A stretch of DNA of 39,496 nucleotides, taken from sequence record SRR31156797_1248; one strand, given 5' to 3'. The translations under genes were made by a program, and so were the position numbers. The notes beneath the pieces were generated by a model. That model made no database searches. It had not been told where the DNA came from and worked only from the letters and a program-made list of their open reading frames with translations. Shown here piece by piece: positions 9,684 through 17,887 of the stretch (position 1 is its first letter; each line of letters starts with the position of its first letter).

Positions 9684-10145
9684 TTGAAATTTTATTTAAG
9701 GTTTAAAGAGACATTAGAAGAAAGAAAATTGTGGAGCCTTTTTATTTATCTTTTTTTTGGTGGCCTTGCAACGATTGTTAATATTGTGACGTATTTTATT
9801 TGTATAGAATGGCTCTTTCTGCACTACTTATTGGCAAATGGAATCTCTTGGGTAGCTTCCGTTTTATTTGCATTTGTAACAAATAAATTATGGGTGTTCC
9901 ATTCAAAGACAGAAGGCAAGTTAGATCTTTTAGTTGAATTTGCTAAGTTTATTTTTTATCGTGTCCTTTCCCTAGGGATGGATATGGGGGTGATGTATGT
10001 CATGATCGATTTAATGGATACAACGAATTTAACGGCAAAAATTATTACTCAAATCATTGTTGTCCTCGCTAATTATTTATTTAGTAAATTCCTGATATTT
10101 AATCAGGTGAAAATAAAAAATTTTGAAGCAAATGATGAAAGATAG
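9684..10145 (+). CDS. GtrA-family flippase (GtcA-like)
   Basis: Four TM helices, YLFFGGLAT.VN, FAFVTNKLWVF, ANYLFSKFLIF; TTG at 9684 fits SD AGGAG (9671-9675) better than GTG 9675. Confidence 0.9.
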   Translation: MKFYLRFKETLEERKLWSLFIYLFFGGLATIVNIVTYFICIEWLFLHYLLANGISWVASVLFAFVTNKLWVFHSKTEGKLDLLVEFAKFIFYRVLSLGMDMGVMYVMIDLMDTTNLTAKIITQIIVVLANYLFSKFLIFNQVKIKNFEANDER

Positions 10146-10224
10146 TAAGCATATTTTTTGAACAAAGTCTGATAGTCTGATAATGTTACTTATGTAAACA
10201 TTATCATTGAGGAGGAATTTTTTT

Positions 10225-10830
10225 ATGACTTACACATTACCAGATTTACCTTACGCATACGATGCATTAGAACCATACATTGACGAAGAAACGATGCATT
10301 TGCATCATGATAAACACCATAACACTTATGTAACAAACTTAAACGCAGCGATTGAAAAACACCCTGAATTAGGTGAAAAAACAGTTGAAGAATTATTAGC
10401 TGACTTTTCTTCTGTGCCAGAAGATATTCAAACAGCGGTTCGTAACAATGGCGGCGGCCATGCTAACCACACGTTCTTCTGGGAAATCTTAGGCCCAAAT
10501 GCTGGCGGTGAACCTACTGGAGCTATCAAAGAGGCAATTGACGAAGCTTTCGGCAGCTTTGAAGACTTCAAAGAAGAATTCAAAACGGCTGCAACCGGAC
10601 GTTTTGGTTCAGGTTGGGCATGGTTAGTCGTTAAAGATGGCAAATTAGCAATCACCTCAACAGCGAATCAAGATTCACCATTGATGGATGGCCAAACACC
10701 TGTTTTAGGTTTAGATGTTTGGGAACATGCGTATTACTTGAAATACAAAAATGTTCGTCCAGATTACATCAATGCTTTCTGGAGTGTTGTTAACTGGGAC
10801 AAAGTAAACGAATATTTCGCAAAAGCTTAA
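10225..10830 (+). CDS. sodA: Mn/Fe superoxide dismutase (Mn-type)
   Basis: [26 protein letters not shown] 10225 after AGGAGG. Confidence 0.98.
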   Translation: MTYTLPDLPYAYDALEPYIDEETMHLHHDKHHNTYVTNLNAAIEKHPELGEKTVEELLADFSSVPEDIQTAVRNNGGGHANHTFFWEILGPNAGGEPTGAIKEAIDEAFGSFEDFKEEFKTAATGRFGSGWAWLVVKDGKLAITSTANQDSPLMDGQTPVLGLDVWEHAYYLKYKNVRPDYINAFWSVVNWDKVNEYFAKA

Positions 10831-10842
10831 ACAATTTACTAG

Positions 10843-10872
10843 AAAGAAGCCTGCTAAAAGGCTTCTTTTTTT
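10843..10872 (+). terminator. sodA terminator
   Basis: AGAAGCCT-GCTAAA-AGGCTTCT plus T-run. Confidence 0.85.
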
Positions 10873-10897
10873 GTGGATAGAAAGAATCGTTTTGATA

Positions 10898-10926
10898 TTG
10901 CTAACGCTTACATAATCCGCTATAAT
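10898..10926 (+). promoter_or_regulatory. csp promoter (TTGCTA-17-TATAAT) overlapped by a cre-like site
   Basis: TTGCTAACGCTTACAT (10898-10913) matches WTGNNARCGNWWWCAW. Confidence 0.65.
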
Positions 10927-10974
10927 AAAGGCGACGGAATCGTCGGATTATAATTATTGGAGGCTTTACACACT

Positions 10975-11175
10975 ATGGAACATGGGAAAGTAAAATGGTT
11001 CAACAACGAAAAAGGGTTTGGTTTTATCACAGTTGACGGTGGCGATGATGTATTTGTTCACTTTTCTGCCATTCAAGGAGACGGTTTTAAGTCACTTGAA
11101 GAAGGTCAAGAAGTTGAATTTACGATCGTTGAAGGTGCCCGCGGACCTCAAGCAGCAGAAGTGACCAAAGTCTAA
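10975..11175 (+). CDS. Cold-shock domain protein (66 aa)
   Basis: [15 protein letters not shown] (RNP1), DVFVHFSAI (RNP2); ATG after GGAGG. Confidence 0.97.
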   Translation: MEHGKVKWFNNEKGFGFITVDGGDDVFVHFSAIQGDGFKSLEEGQEVEFTIVEGARGPQAAEVTKV

Positions 11176-11185
11176 ATCAGAACGG

Positions 11186-11213
11186 AAAAGCTGAGTAAGC
11201 CCTCAGCTTTTTT
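11186..11213 (+). terminator. csp terminator
   Basis: AAAAGCTGAG...CTCAGCTTTTTT. Confidence 0.85.
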
Positions 11214-11284
11214 AATTTGCTATTTCTCGCCATATTTGGTATCTTCAATACATTAGTAAGACTAGGAAGCGAAGAGGGATAAGC

Positions 11285-11686
11285 ATGAAACGAGTAATTA
11301 CTTACGGAACATTTGATTTATTGCATTATGGACATATCAATCTTTTGCGTCGTGCAAAAGAGCAAGGCGATTATTTGATCGTGGCACTATCAACGGATGA
11401 ATTTAATTGGAACGAAAAACAAAAAAAATGCTACTTTTCTTATGAGAAAAGAAAGCAATTGTTAGAAGCGATTCGGTATGTGGATCTAGTGATTCCTGAA
11501 GAAGGGTGGGCACAAAAAGTTTCCGATGTCAAAGAATATCATGTGGATACCTTTGTTATGGGAGACGATTGGGCTGGCAAATTTGATTTTATTCAAGAAG
11601 AAACCGATGCTGAAGTGATCTATCTAGCACGGACCCCGGAAATATCAACTACTCAAATCAAAAAAGATTTGAAACTTAACAATTAA
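11285..11686 (+). CDS. tagD: Glycerol-3-phosphate cytidylyltransferase
   Basis: TYGTFDLLHYGH (HxGH), MGDDW, RTPEISTT. Confidence 0.95.
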   Translation: MKRVITYGTFDLLHYGHINLLRRAKEQGDYLIVALSTDEFNWNEKQKKCYFSYEKRKQLLEAIRYVDLVIPEEGWAQKVSDVKEYHVDTFVMGDDWAGKFDFIQEETDAEVIYLARTPEISTTQIKKDLKLNN

Positions 11687-11854
11687 AAGGACTATTATAA
11701 AAAAGCATCTTTTACAGATGTTTTTTTTATTGAGCCCAACTTCAAGAAATTAAGATTTTATTACTAGTTTTTCATTGATTATTTGTTCAGAACACAAAAT
11801 ATGGTATGATGTTTTGTGAGTTGACTCGATCAATTAGAAATTCTATGAGAATGG

Positions 11855-12910
11855 ATGAAGAAAGTGGAAAAAGAAATCAAAGTCCGTGCAACTTTAGTGA
11901 CGAAAGAATACGACTTATATAAAAAGAAAGCGGATAAAGTAAAAGCGCTATTCAAGTTCTATCATCGCAATGTTCCTCGATTTTGGGCCTTAAAAGGGAT
12001 CAGCTTCGATGTGAAAGCCGGCGAATCAGTAGGGATCATTGGAATCAATGGTTCTGGGAAATCAACTTTATCCAACGTGATCAGTGGGATTATCCCACCG
12101 ACATCTGGTACGATGGAAGTAAATGGTGACACCTCGATTATCGCAATCGGTGCGGGGTTAAAATATCAGCTGACTGGGTTAGAAAATATTCGGCTCAAAG
12201 CATTGATGTCTGGAATGACTAATAAAGAAATTGATGAAAAAATGCCTGAGATCGTGGCCTTTGCTGATTTGGGTGACTTTATCAATCAACCAGTTAAAAG
12301 CTATTCCAGTGGGATGAAATCACGGTTAGGCTTTGCTATTGCTGTTCATAATGATCCAGATATTTTAGTTATTGATGAAGCTTTGTCTGTCGGTGATGAA
12401 ACTTTTTATCAAAAATGTGTGGATAAAATCATGGAATTTAAAGCAGCCGGAAAAACCATCTTTTTTGTCAGTCATGCTTTAGGACAGGTAGAAAAACTGT
12501 GCGACCGAACGATTTGGATGCACTATGGTGATTTACGGATGTTTGGTCCTACTGAAGAAGTAATGGCTGAATATCGCAAATTCATTGATTGGTTCAAAAA
12601 GCAGCCAAAGAAAGAGCAAAAAGCGTATCAAGACAATTATAAAGAAGACCAGAAAGCCTTTAATTTGGAGAAATTAGCAGAAAAAAGCCGTGAAGATCAC
12701 TTCTTGCAACAACAAAATCTTTCGGACCAAATGATCCAAAAAAACTTGAAACGTACACCTTTAGGGGAAAAAATGAGCTGGCCAACCAAAGGGATCCTAG
12801 GTTTGGTAGTAGCCGCAACGATATTTTGTTCGCTGGTTTCTTTTAGTGGGCGTTCGATTACTTACGCAATTAAGAATCCTATTGAAACGATTAGTCAAGT
12901 TTTCAAATAA
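11855..12910 (+). CDS. tagH: Teichoic acid ABC exporter ATP-binding subunit
   Basis: [39 protein letters not shown]-terminal TM helix. Confidence 0.92.
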   Translation: MKKVEKEIKVRATLVTKEYDLYKKKADKVKALFKFYHRNVPRFWALKGISFDVKAGESVGIIGINGSGKSTLSNVISGIIPPTSGTMEVNGDTSIIAIGAGLKYQLTGLENIRLKALMSGMTNKEIDEKMPEIVAFADLGDFINQPVKSYSSGMKSRLGFAIAVHNDPDILVIDEALSVGDETFYQKCVDKIMEFKAAGKTIFFVSHALGQVEKLCDRTIWMHYGDLRMFGPTEEVMAEYRKFIDWFKKQPKKEQKAYQDNYKEDQKAFNLEKLAEKSREDHFLQQQNLSDQMIQKNLKRTPLGEKMSWPTKGILGLVVAATIFCSLVSFSGRSITYAIKNPIETISQVFK

Positions 12911-12955
12911 AGAAGATGTTTCTTTGTTTAGTTCATATAGAAAAGGAAGAAGTTT

Positions 12956-13765
12956 GTGAAAGAGATTGCTGCAGTTATAAAAGAACAATTTAAAAATGCG
13001 GGGATTATTTTTCGGATGTCCCGTTATGAAGATAAAGCAACCTATCAAAGTCACTATCTAGGTTTAGCTTGGCAGATTTTAAATCCCGCTATTCAAGTAG
13101 GAATCTATTACTTGGTTTTTGGTCTAGGCGTTAATCAAAACGGAAATGTTGACGGCGTACCATTTATTATCTGGATGTTGATTGGGATCACGGCATGGTT
13201 TTATATTAGTGCGTCAATCTTAGGAGCCTCGAATAGTATTCACCGACAAGTAGGAATGGTAGCGAAAATGAAGTTTCCAGTCAGTATTCTACCATCGATC
13301 AATATTATAAGTAATTTATCATCCTACATCCCTATGGTGGCAATCGTGGTAGGTTCGTTATTCATAGCTGGTGTGACGCCAAGTATCTATTGGTTACAAT
13401 TTATTTATTACTTTCTTGCGATGATTGTTTTCTTATTTGCATTTGGTCTATTGAACGCCACAATAACAGTACTAGTTCGAGATTATCATATTTTCTTACA
13501 ATCAGTACTTCGTTTATTATTCTATGTTTCAGGACCTATTTGGAATATCAATAATCGTAATTTACCAGATTGGCTAATTAAAGTGTTACATTTAAATCCA
13601 ATTTACTATTTAATCGAAGGATTTCGTGATGCTTTCCTTTCTCGTGCATGGGTTTGGGAAAAAACAACTTATACACTTATCTTCTGGTGTCTAACTTTGA
13701 TGCTTCTTATTTTAGGAAGCCATCTGCATATGAAGTTTCGTGCTCGTTTTGTGGATTATATTTAA
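12956..13765 (+). CDS. tagG: Teichoic acid ABC exporter permease (ABC-2)
   Basis: LGLAWQILNP, LNPIYYLIEGFRDAFL, six TM helices; adjacent to tagH. Confidence 0.9.
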   Translation: MKEIAAVIKEQFKNAGIIFRMSRYEDKATYQSHYLGLAWQILNPAIQVGIYYLVFGLGVNQNGNVDGVPFIIWMLIGITAWFYISASILGASNSIHRQVGMVAKMKFPVSILPSINIISNLSSYIPMVAIVVGSLFIAGVTPSIYWLQFIYYFLAMIVFLFAFGLLNATITVLVRDYHIFLQSVLRLLFYVSGPIWNINNRNLPDWLIKVLHLNPIYYLIEGFRDAFLSRAWVWEKTTYTLIFWCLTLMLLILGSHLHMKFRARFVDYI

Positions 13766-13783
13766 AAAAGTGACTATTTGTGC

Positions 13784-13818
13784 TGCACTCTCTAACTTAG
13801 AGGGTGCACTTTATTTTT
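13784..13818 (+). terminator. Terminator after tagG
   Basis: TGCACTCTCTAA/TTAGAGGGTGCA plus T-rich tail. Confidence 0.7.
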
Positions 13819-13951
13819 GTTTTATTTTTGTTTATTTCAAAGAAGTTACGGAAGGATTAAATATGAAGTTGATGCATGATAGCGATTGCTGAAAGATGCG
13901 TTTTGTGGGAAAATTTATTTGATGAGTGAATTTTTACTGGTGAGGTGTAAG

Positions 13952-14980
13952 ATGCGGAGATATCAAAAGGTAATTTTAGGTATTTTAGTCGTGTTAGTGG
14001 TTGGAATCATTGGAGTAACGATCTACGGGATGCAGGTTTATCAAGAGACGAATGCCACTTTTAATCAAATCTCTCACGCTGTTGATCGGAAAACAGACAA
14101 ACGAGAGGAAGCGATCAGCATTGAAGATCGAGATCCGTTTTCCATTTTGCTAATGGGAATCGACACTGGGGCTTTAGGGCGAACCGAACAAGGTCGTTCG
14201 GATAGTATGATGGTGGTGACGGTCAATCCAGAAAAAAAACAGTCAACGATCATTAGCCTTGACCGTGATATTTATACACAAATCGTTGGGTACAATACGA
14301 TCGATAAGCTGAATCATGCTTATGCTTTTGGTGGGGAGGCCATGGCCATGGATTCTGTTGAAAATCTTTTGGACATTCCTATCGACCATTATGTGACGAT
14401 CAATATGCAGGGTATGCGGGATCTGATTGATGCAGTTGGGGGCATCGAGGTGACAAATGCTATCGATTTTACTTTAGAAGGTGTTCATGTCCCTGAAGGG
14501 CAAATTACTTTAGATGGTAAGACAGGTTTGGCTTATGCAAGAATGCGAAAACAAGATCCGGAAGGGGATATCGGTCGCCAAATACGGCAAAGAGAAGTGG
14601 TTACGAAAATTCTTCAAAAAGTTATGAGTCTGGATGGTATCAGTAATTACCAAAAGATTCTTAAGGCGGTTGAAAAGAATTCGAAGACGGATCTTACGTG
14701 GGATGATATGATGGACATCGGTACCAATTATATCCCTGCTTTTACGACCATCAAACAAGAGCAACTCCAAGGAGAAGGGCAACTGATTGGTGGAGTGTAT
14801 TATCAGTTATTGGGGACGAATCAGTTGTTGCATACGCAAAATTTATTAAAGGAGCAGTTGCAGCTTCCGACGAACGATGGTTTGACCCAAGGCGACGAAT
14901 TTACTAACGGATCGCCTAATTATCAGTTATACGACGACAGCCTGACCTTTTCAGAAGAAAACTCAACAACTGGAGAGTAG
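13952..14980 (+). CDS. LytR-CpsA-Psr (LCP) family glycopolymer-peptidoglycan ligase
   Basis: N-terminal TM, ILLMGID, GRSDSMM, KLNHAYAFGG, YARMR, GDIGRQIRQ; ATG 13952 after GAGGTG. Confidence 0.93.
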   Translation: MRRYQKVILGILVVLVVGIIGVTIYGMQVYQETNATFNQISHAVDRKTDKREEAISIEDRDPFSILLMGIDTGALGRTEQGRSDSMMVVTVNPEKKQSTIISLDRDIYTQIVGYNTIDKLNHAYAFGGEAMAMDSVENLLDIPIDHYVTINMQGMRDLIDAVGGIEVTNAIDFTLEGVHVPEGQITLDGKTGLAYARMRKQDPEGDIGRQIRQREVVTKILQKVMSLDGISNYQKILKAVEKNSKTDLTWDDMMDIGTNYIPAFTTIKQEQLQGEGQLIGGVYYQLLGTNQLLHTQNLLKEQLQLPTNDGLTQGDEFTNGSPNYQLYDDSLTFSEENSTTGE

Positions 14981-14997
14981 CTAGTTTCTTTAGAAGC

Positions 14998-15036
14998 CTA
15001 AAAAGTAGGATGACCGAAAGTCCTCCTGCTTTTTAG
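14998..15036 (+). terminator. Terminator after the LCP gene
   Basis: AAAAGTAGGA..GAC-CGAAA-GTC..TCCTGCTTTT. Confidence 0.7.
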
Positions 15037-15291
15037 TTTTCCACAAAAGCACCAACGAAAATCTTGTTTCACGAAACCATCAAATGAAAAAACATAAGAA
15101 AGCTTAAAAAAACAATTTTTTCATGAAAGAATGAAAATGAAACAATCAAACTGTGAAACATTTACTCGGATTCACGCCAATTTTTATAGTTTTTTCTAAG
15201 GATTAATGGATATTTTTTGTTTTTTCTGTTTCGAATCGAATTTTTTGGTAAAATAGGACAGTAGTCATTATAGATTGGAAGGATAGATGAG

Positions 15292-17412
15292 ATGAAGAAT
15301 TTGAAAGATAAAGTTGTCCAAGGGATACGCAAGGGGCCAGAAGAACCAAAGGCTAAATCGTATCGCAAATCTCATGTTCCATTTCGATTGAACTTTTTGT
15401 TTTTTATTATTTTTGCTTTGTTTGTGTCCTTGATCGTTCAATTAGGCTATCTACAGATCGTCAATGGCGACAATATTGAGCAGCAGTTGAAAGCTTCATC
15501 TGTAGTGGAAGTCAAAGGAAGCGCCCCTCGGGGAATGATCTATGACGCTTCTGGAAAAGCGCTGGTGGAAAATCAAGCCAATGCAGCAATCACATTTACC
15601 CGCGGAAACAAAATGACCGCTCAAGATTTATTAGAAACGGCCAAAAAATTGAGCGAGTTGATCGAAGTACCTGTGGACAAAAACTTGTCTGATCGTGATC
15701 TTAAGGACTTTTGGCTGGCCGATGAAGAAAATTTTGAAGCAGCAACTGACCGATTGAGTGATGAAGAGCGTTCTTTAGGTACTTCTGAACAATATGCGGC
15801 AACCGTTGATAAAGTGACAGAAGATGAAATCAATTTCTCTGATGCAGAATTAGAAGCAGCCACGATTTTTAAGCGGATGAATAGCGCCCAATCTTTGAGT
15901 ACGGTCTTTATTAAGACGTCGGATGTGTCTGACCGTGAATTAGCTGTTGTCGCTGAAAATATGGTTGATTTACCGGGAATCTCCACGGGGACTGATTGGA
16001 CGAGAAACATCGTTGAAGGAAGTTCTCTGGCTAGTTTGATCGGAACGGTGACTAGTGAAGAACAAGGAATTCCGGAAGAAGTTTTGGATGAATTTTTAGA
16101 AAAAGGCTATGCTCGTAATGATCGCGTTGGACGTAGTTATTTAGAGCAGCAGTATGAAGAAGTCTTACAAGGCACAAAATCCATTTCCGAGATTTCCCTT
16201 GATAACAATAATAATATTGAAAGTCAAAAAGAAACCTTTGCTGGGGCAAAAGGGGATAACCTTGTATTAACATTAGATGCTGAGTTTCAAGCGAGAGTTG
16301 ATAAAATCTTGCAAGACAATTTCCAAAAACTGATTGATTCTGGGGCAGCAGAATATTCTCCAGGGGTTTACGCAGTGGCGTTAAATCCAAAAACCGGCGG
16401 CGTTTTGTCAATGTCCGGCTATCATCATGATACAGGTTCAAATGAATTGCAGGAAAATGCCATTGGTACCTTCATTAATTCCTTTGTACCAGGGTCCGTT
16501 GTCAAAGCAGGGACTTTGGCTGCCGGCTGGGAAAATGGGGTCTTAAACGGCAATGAAGTGTTATTGGATCAACCAATCAGAATTGGCTCCGATGTAAAAG
16601 CCTCAATTTTCAACCCAACTGGGGCAAATAATCGTAACCTTTCTGCGGAGCAGGCGTTGGAAGTTTCTTCTAACTCCTATATGATGCAAGTCGCTTTACG
16701 TTTGATGGGCATCAATTATCAGTCAGGTATCTCGATTCCAACAGTGGATCGTCAAGGGGATGTCTATGAAAAACTACGTTCGTCTTTTGCCTCTTTTGGT
16801 ATGGGAACTGAAACTGGGATCGATTTACCAGGAGAAGCGACTGGTATCAGCACATCGATCGATAACATGGACCCGGTCAGTGATGGTGGGAAGATCCTTG
16901 ACTTGGCTTTTGGTCAGTTTGATACCTATACCACGTTGCAACTGGCACAATATGCAGCAACTGTTGCTAATGGTGGCAAAAGATTGCAGCCTCATATCGT
17001 CGACGGTATTTACGGCAATGATGAAACTGGCGGTCTTGGCTCACTGATTGAAGAGATCGAACCAACGGTATTGAATGAAGTTGGTTTAACAGATGCTCAA
17101 ATGCAAATTGTTCAAAATGGATTTTATGATGCAGTCCATGGAACGGATGCTTGGGCAACTGCCAAAGGCTTGGCTTCTGCGAAAATGGAGGTCTCTGCCA
17201 AAACAGGTACTGCCGAAACACCAATTGTGGATAGTAATGGCAATACCATCAGCTTAGTTAACCTAAACATCGTTGCCTACGGGCCAAGCAGTGATGCGGA
17301 TATTGCGATTGCGATCGTAATGCCTCAATTAAAAGGCGACACAGATACCCATCCAAATATTCAAATCGCCAAAGAGATCATGGATGCTTACTACGACTTA
17401 TATATGAAATAA
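15292..17412 (+). CDS. Class B penicillin-binding protein (PBP2b/PbpA-like transpeptidase)
   Basis: One TM, PRGMIYD dimerisation motif, GSVVK (SxxK), SSN, KTGT. Confidence 0.93.
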   Translation: MKNLKDKVVQGIRKGPEEPKAKSYRKSHVPFRLNFLFFIIFALFVSLIVQLGYLQIVNGDNIEQQLKASSVVEVKGSAPRGMIYDASGKALVENQANAAITFTRGNKMTAQDLLETAKKLSELIEVPVDKNLSDRDLKDFWLADEENFEAATDRLSDEERSLGTSEQYAATVDKVTEDEINFSDAELEAATIFKRMNSAQSLSTVFIKTSDVSDRELAVVAENMVDLPGISTGTDWTRNIVEGSSLASLIGTVTSEEQGIPEEVLDEFLEKGYARNDRVGRSYLEQQYEEVLQGTKSISEISLDNNNNIESQKETFAGAKGDNLVLTLDAEFQARVDKILQDNFQKLIDSGAAEYSPGVYAVALNPKTGGVLSMSGYHHDTGSNELQENAIGTFINSFVPGSVVKAGTLAAGWENGVLNGNEVLLDQPIRIGSDVKASIFNPTGANNRNLSAEQALEVSSNSYMMQVALRLMGINYQSGISIPTVDRQGDVYEKLRSSFASFGMGTETGIDLPGEATGISTSIDNMDPVSDGGKILDLAFGQFDTYTTLQLAQYAATVANGGKRLQPHIVDGIYGNDETGGLGSLIEEIEPTVLNEVGLTDAQMQIVQNGFYDAVHGTDAWATAKGLASAKMEVSAKTGTAETPIVDSNGNTISLVNLNIVAYGPSSDADIAIAIVMPQLKGDTDTHPNIQIAKEIMDAYYDLYMK

Positions 17413-17416
17413 GCAT

Positions 17417-17447
17417 AAAAAATCGCAGTGAAGACTGCGGTTTTTTT
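17417..17447 (+). terminator. Terminator after pbp
   Basis: AAAAATCGCAGT-GAAG-ACTGCGGTTTTTTT. Confidence 0.85.
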
Positions 17448-17493
17448 GTTTTATAAGAAAACTGATAGAAAACCAACATTTAGTGAGAAAGAC

Positions 17494-17522
17494 TTGCTAT
17501 TTTTGAATGATTGGCTTAGAAT
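17494..17522 (+). promoter_or_regulatory. Sigma-A promoter of the small protein/antiporter operon
   Basis: TTGCTA (17494-17499)-17-TAGAAT (17517-17522). Confidence 0.6.
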
Positions 17523-17602
17523 ACTAGCGGTCAAGAGATAATTTTGATTTGCACGTTAAATAAAAAGATAAACTGATGATAAAAGGGGTAAAAAACGTAA
17601 TT

Positions 17603-17884
17603 ATGAACAAGGAATGTTTAAGTAAGCAAGAACTAATGAAGCAGTTGGGACAATTTACACCAGCTGAAAAAAAGGAGATTCGGGATTATTTGCAACGGAA
17701 AAATCCATTGCTTTTCCGAAAATTTGAACGAATGAAACACGATTTATATCGCTTGGAATCACGGCGTGTCCAATGCGAGATTGAAAATAACGAAAAGGAG
17801 TTAGGTCTTCTAAACGACAAGATCCTTTTAAAAAAAGAAGATTTTCTTGAGCTGTTATTAGCCATTCGAAAGAAAAGAGGGTAA
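17603..17884 (+). CDS. Small charged, probably coiled-coil hypothetical protein (93 aa; 102 aa from 17576)
   Basis: ORF with purine-rich upstream region; stops 3 nt before the antiporter start. Confidence 0.7.
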   Translation: MNKECLSKQELMKQLGQFTPAEKKEIRDYLQRKNPLLFRKFERMKHDLYRLESRRVQCEIENNEKELGLLNDKILLKKEDFLELLLAIRKKRG

Positions 17885-17887
17885 TGG

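Noticed and set aside
10166-10182. AGTCTGAT direct repeat in the spacer of the putative sodA promoter
   Set aside because: Two 8-nt copies with no match to Fur/PerR boxes that I can support
13810-13837. Short tandem (TTTATTTTTGT) repeat after the tagG terminator
   Set aside because: Low-complexity extension of a terminator tail; about 2.5 copies only
15229-15240. TTTCGAATCGAA also occurs at 25014-25025, both copies intergenic
   Set aside because: An AT-rich 12-mer recurring once in 39 kb is expected by chance, and its positions relative to promoters are inconsistent
15292-17412. PBP as the low-affinity PBP5/PBP4 because an LCP (psr-like) gene is adjacent
   Set aside because: Its N-terminus (SHVPFRLNFLFFIIF) and GSVVK/SSN motifs fit the PBP2b/PbpA type; no MecA_N-type domain recognised
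17523-17602. Possible Na+/Li+ or c-di-AMP riboswitch ahead of the antiporter operon
   Set aside because: Short AT-rich leader with no recognisable aptamer or strong helices
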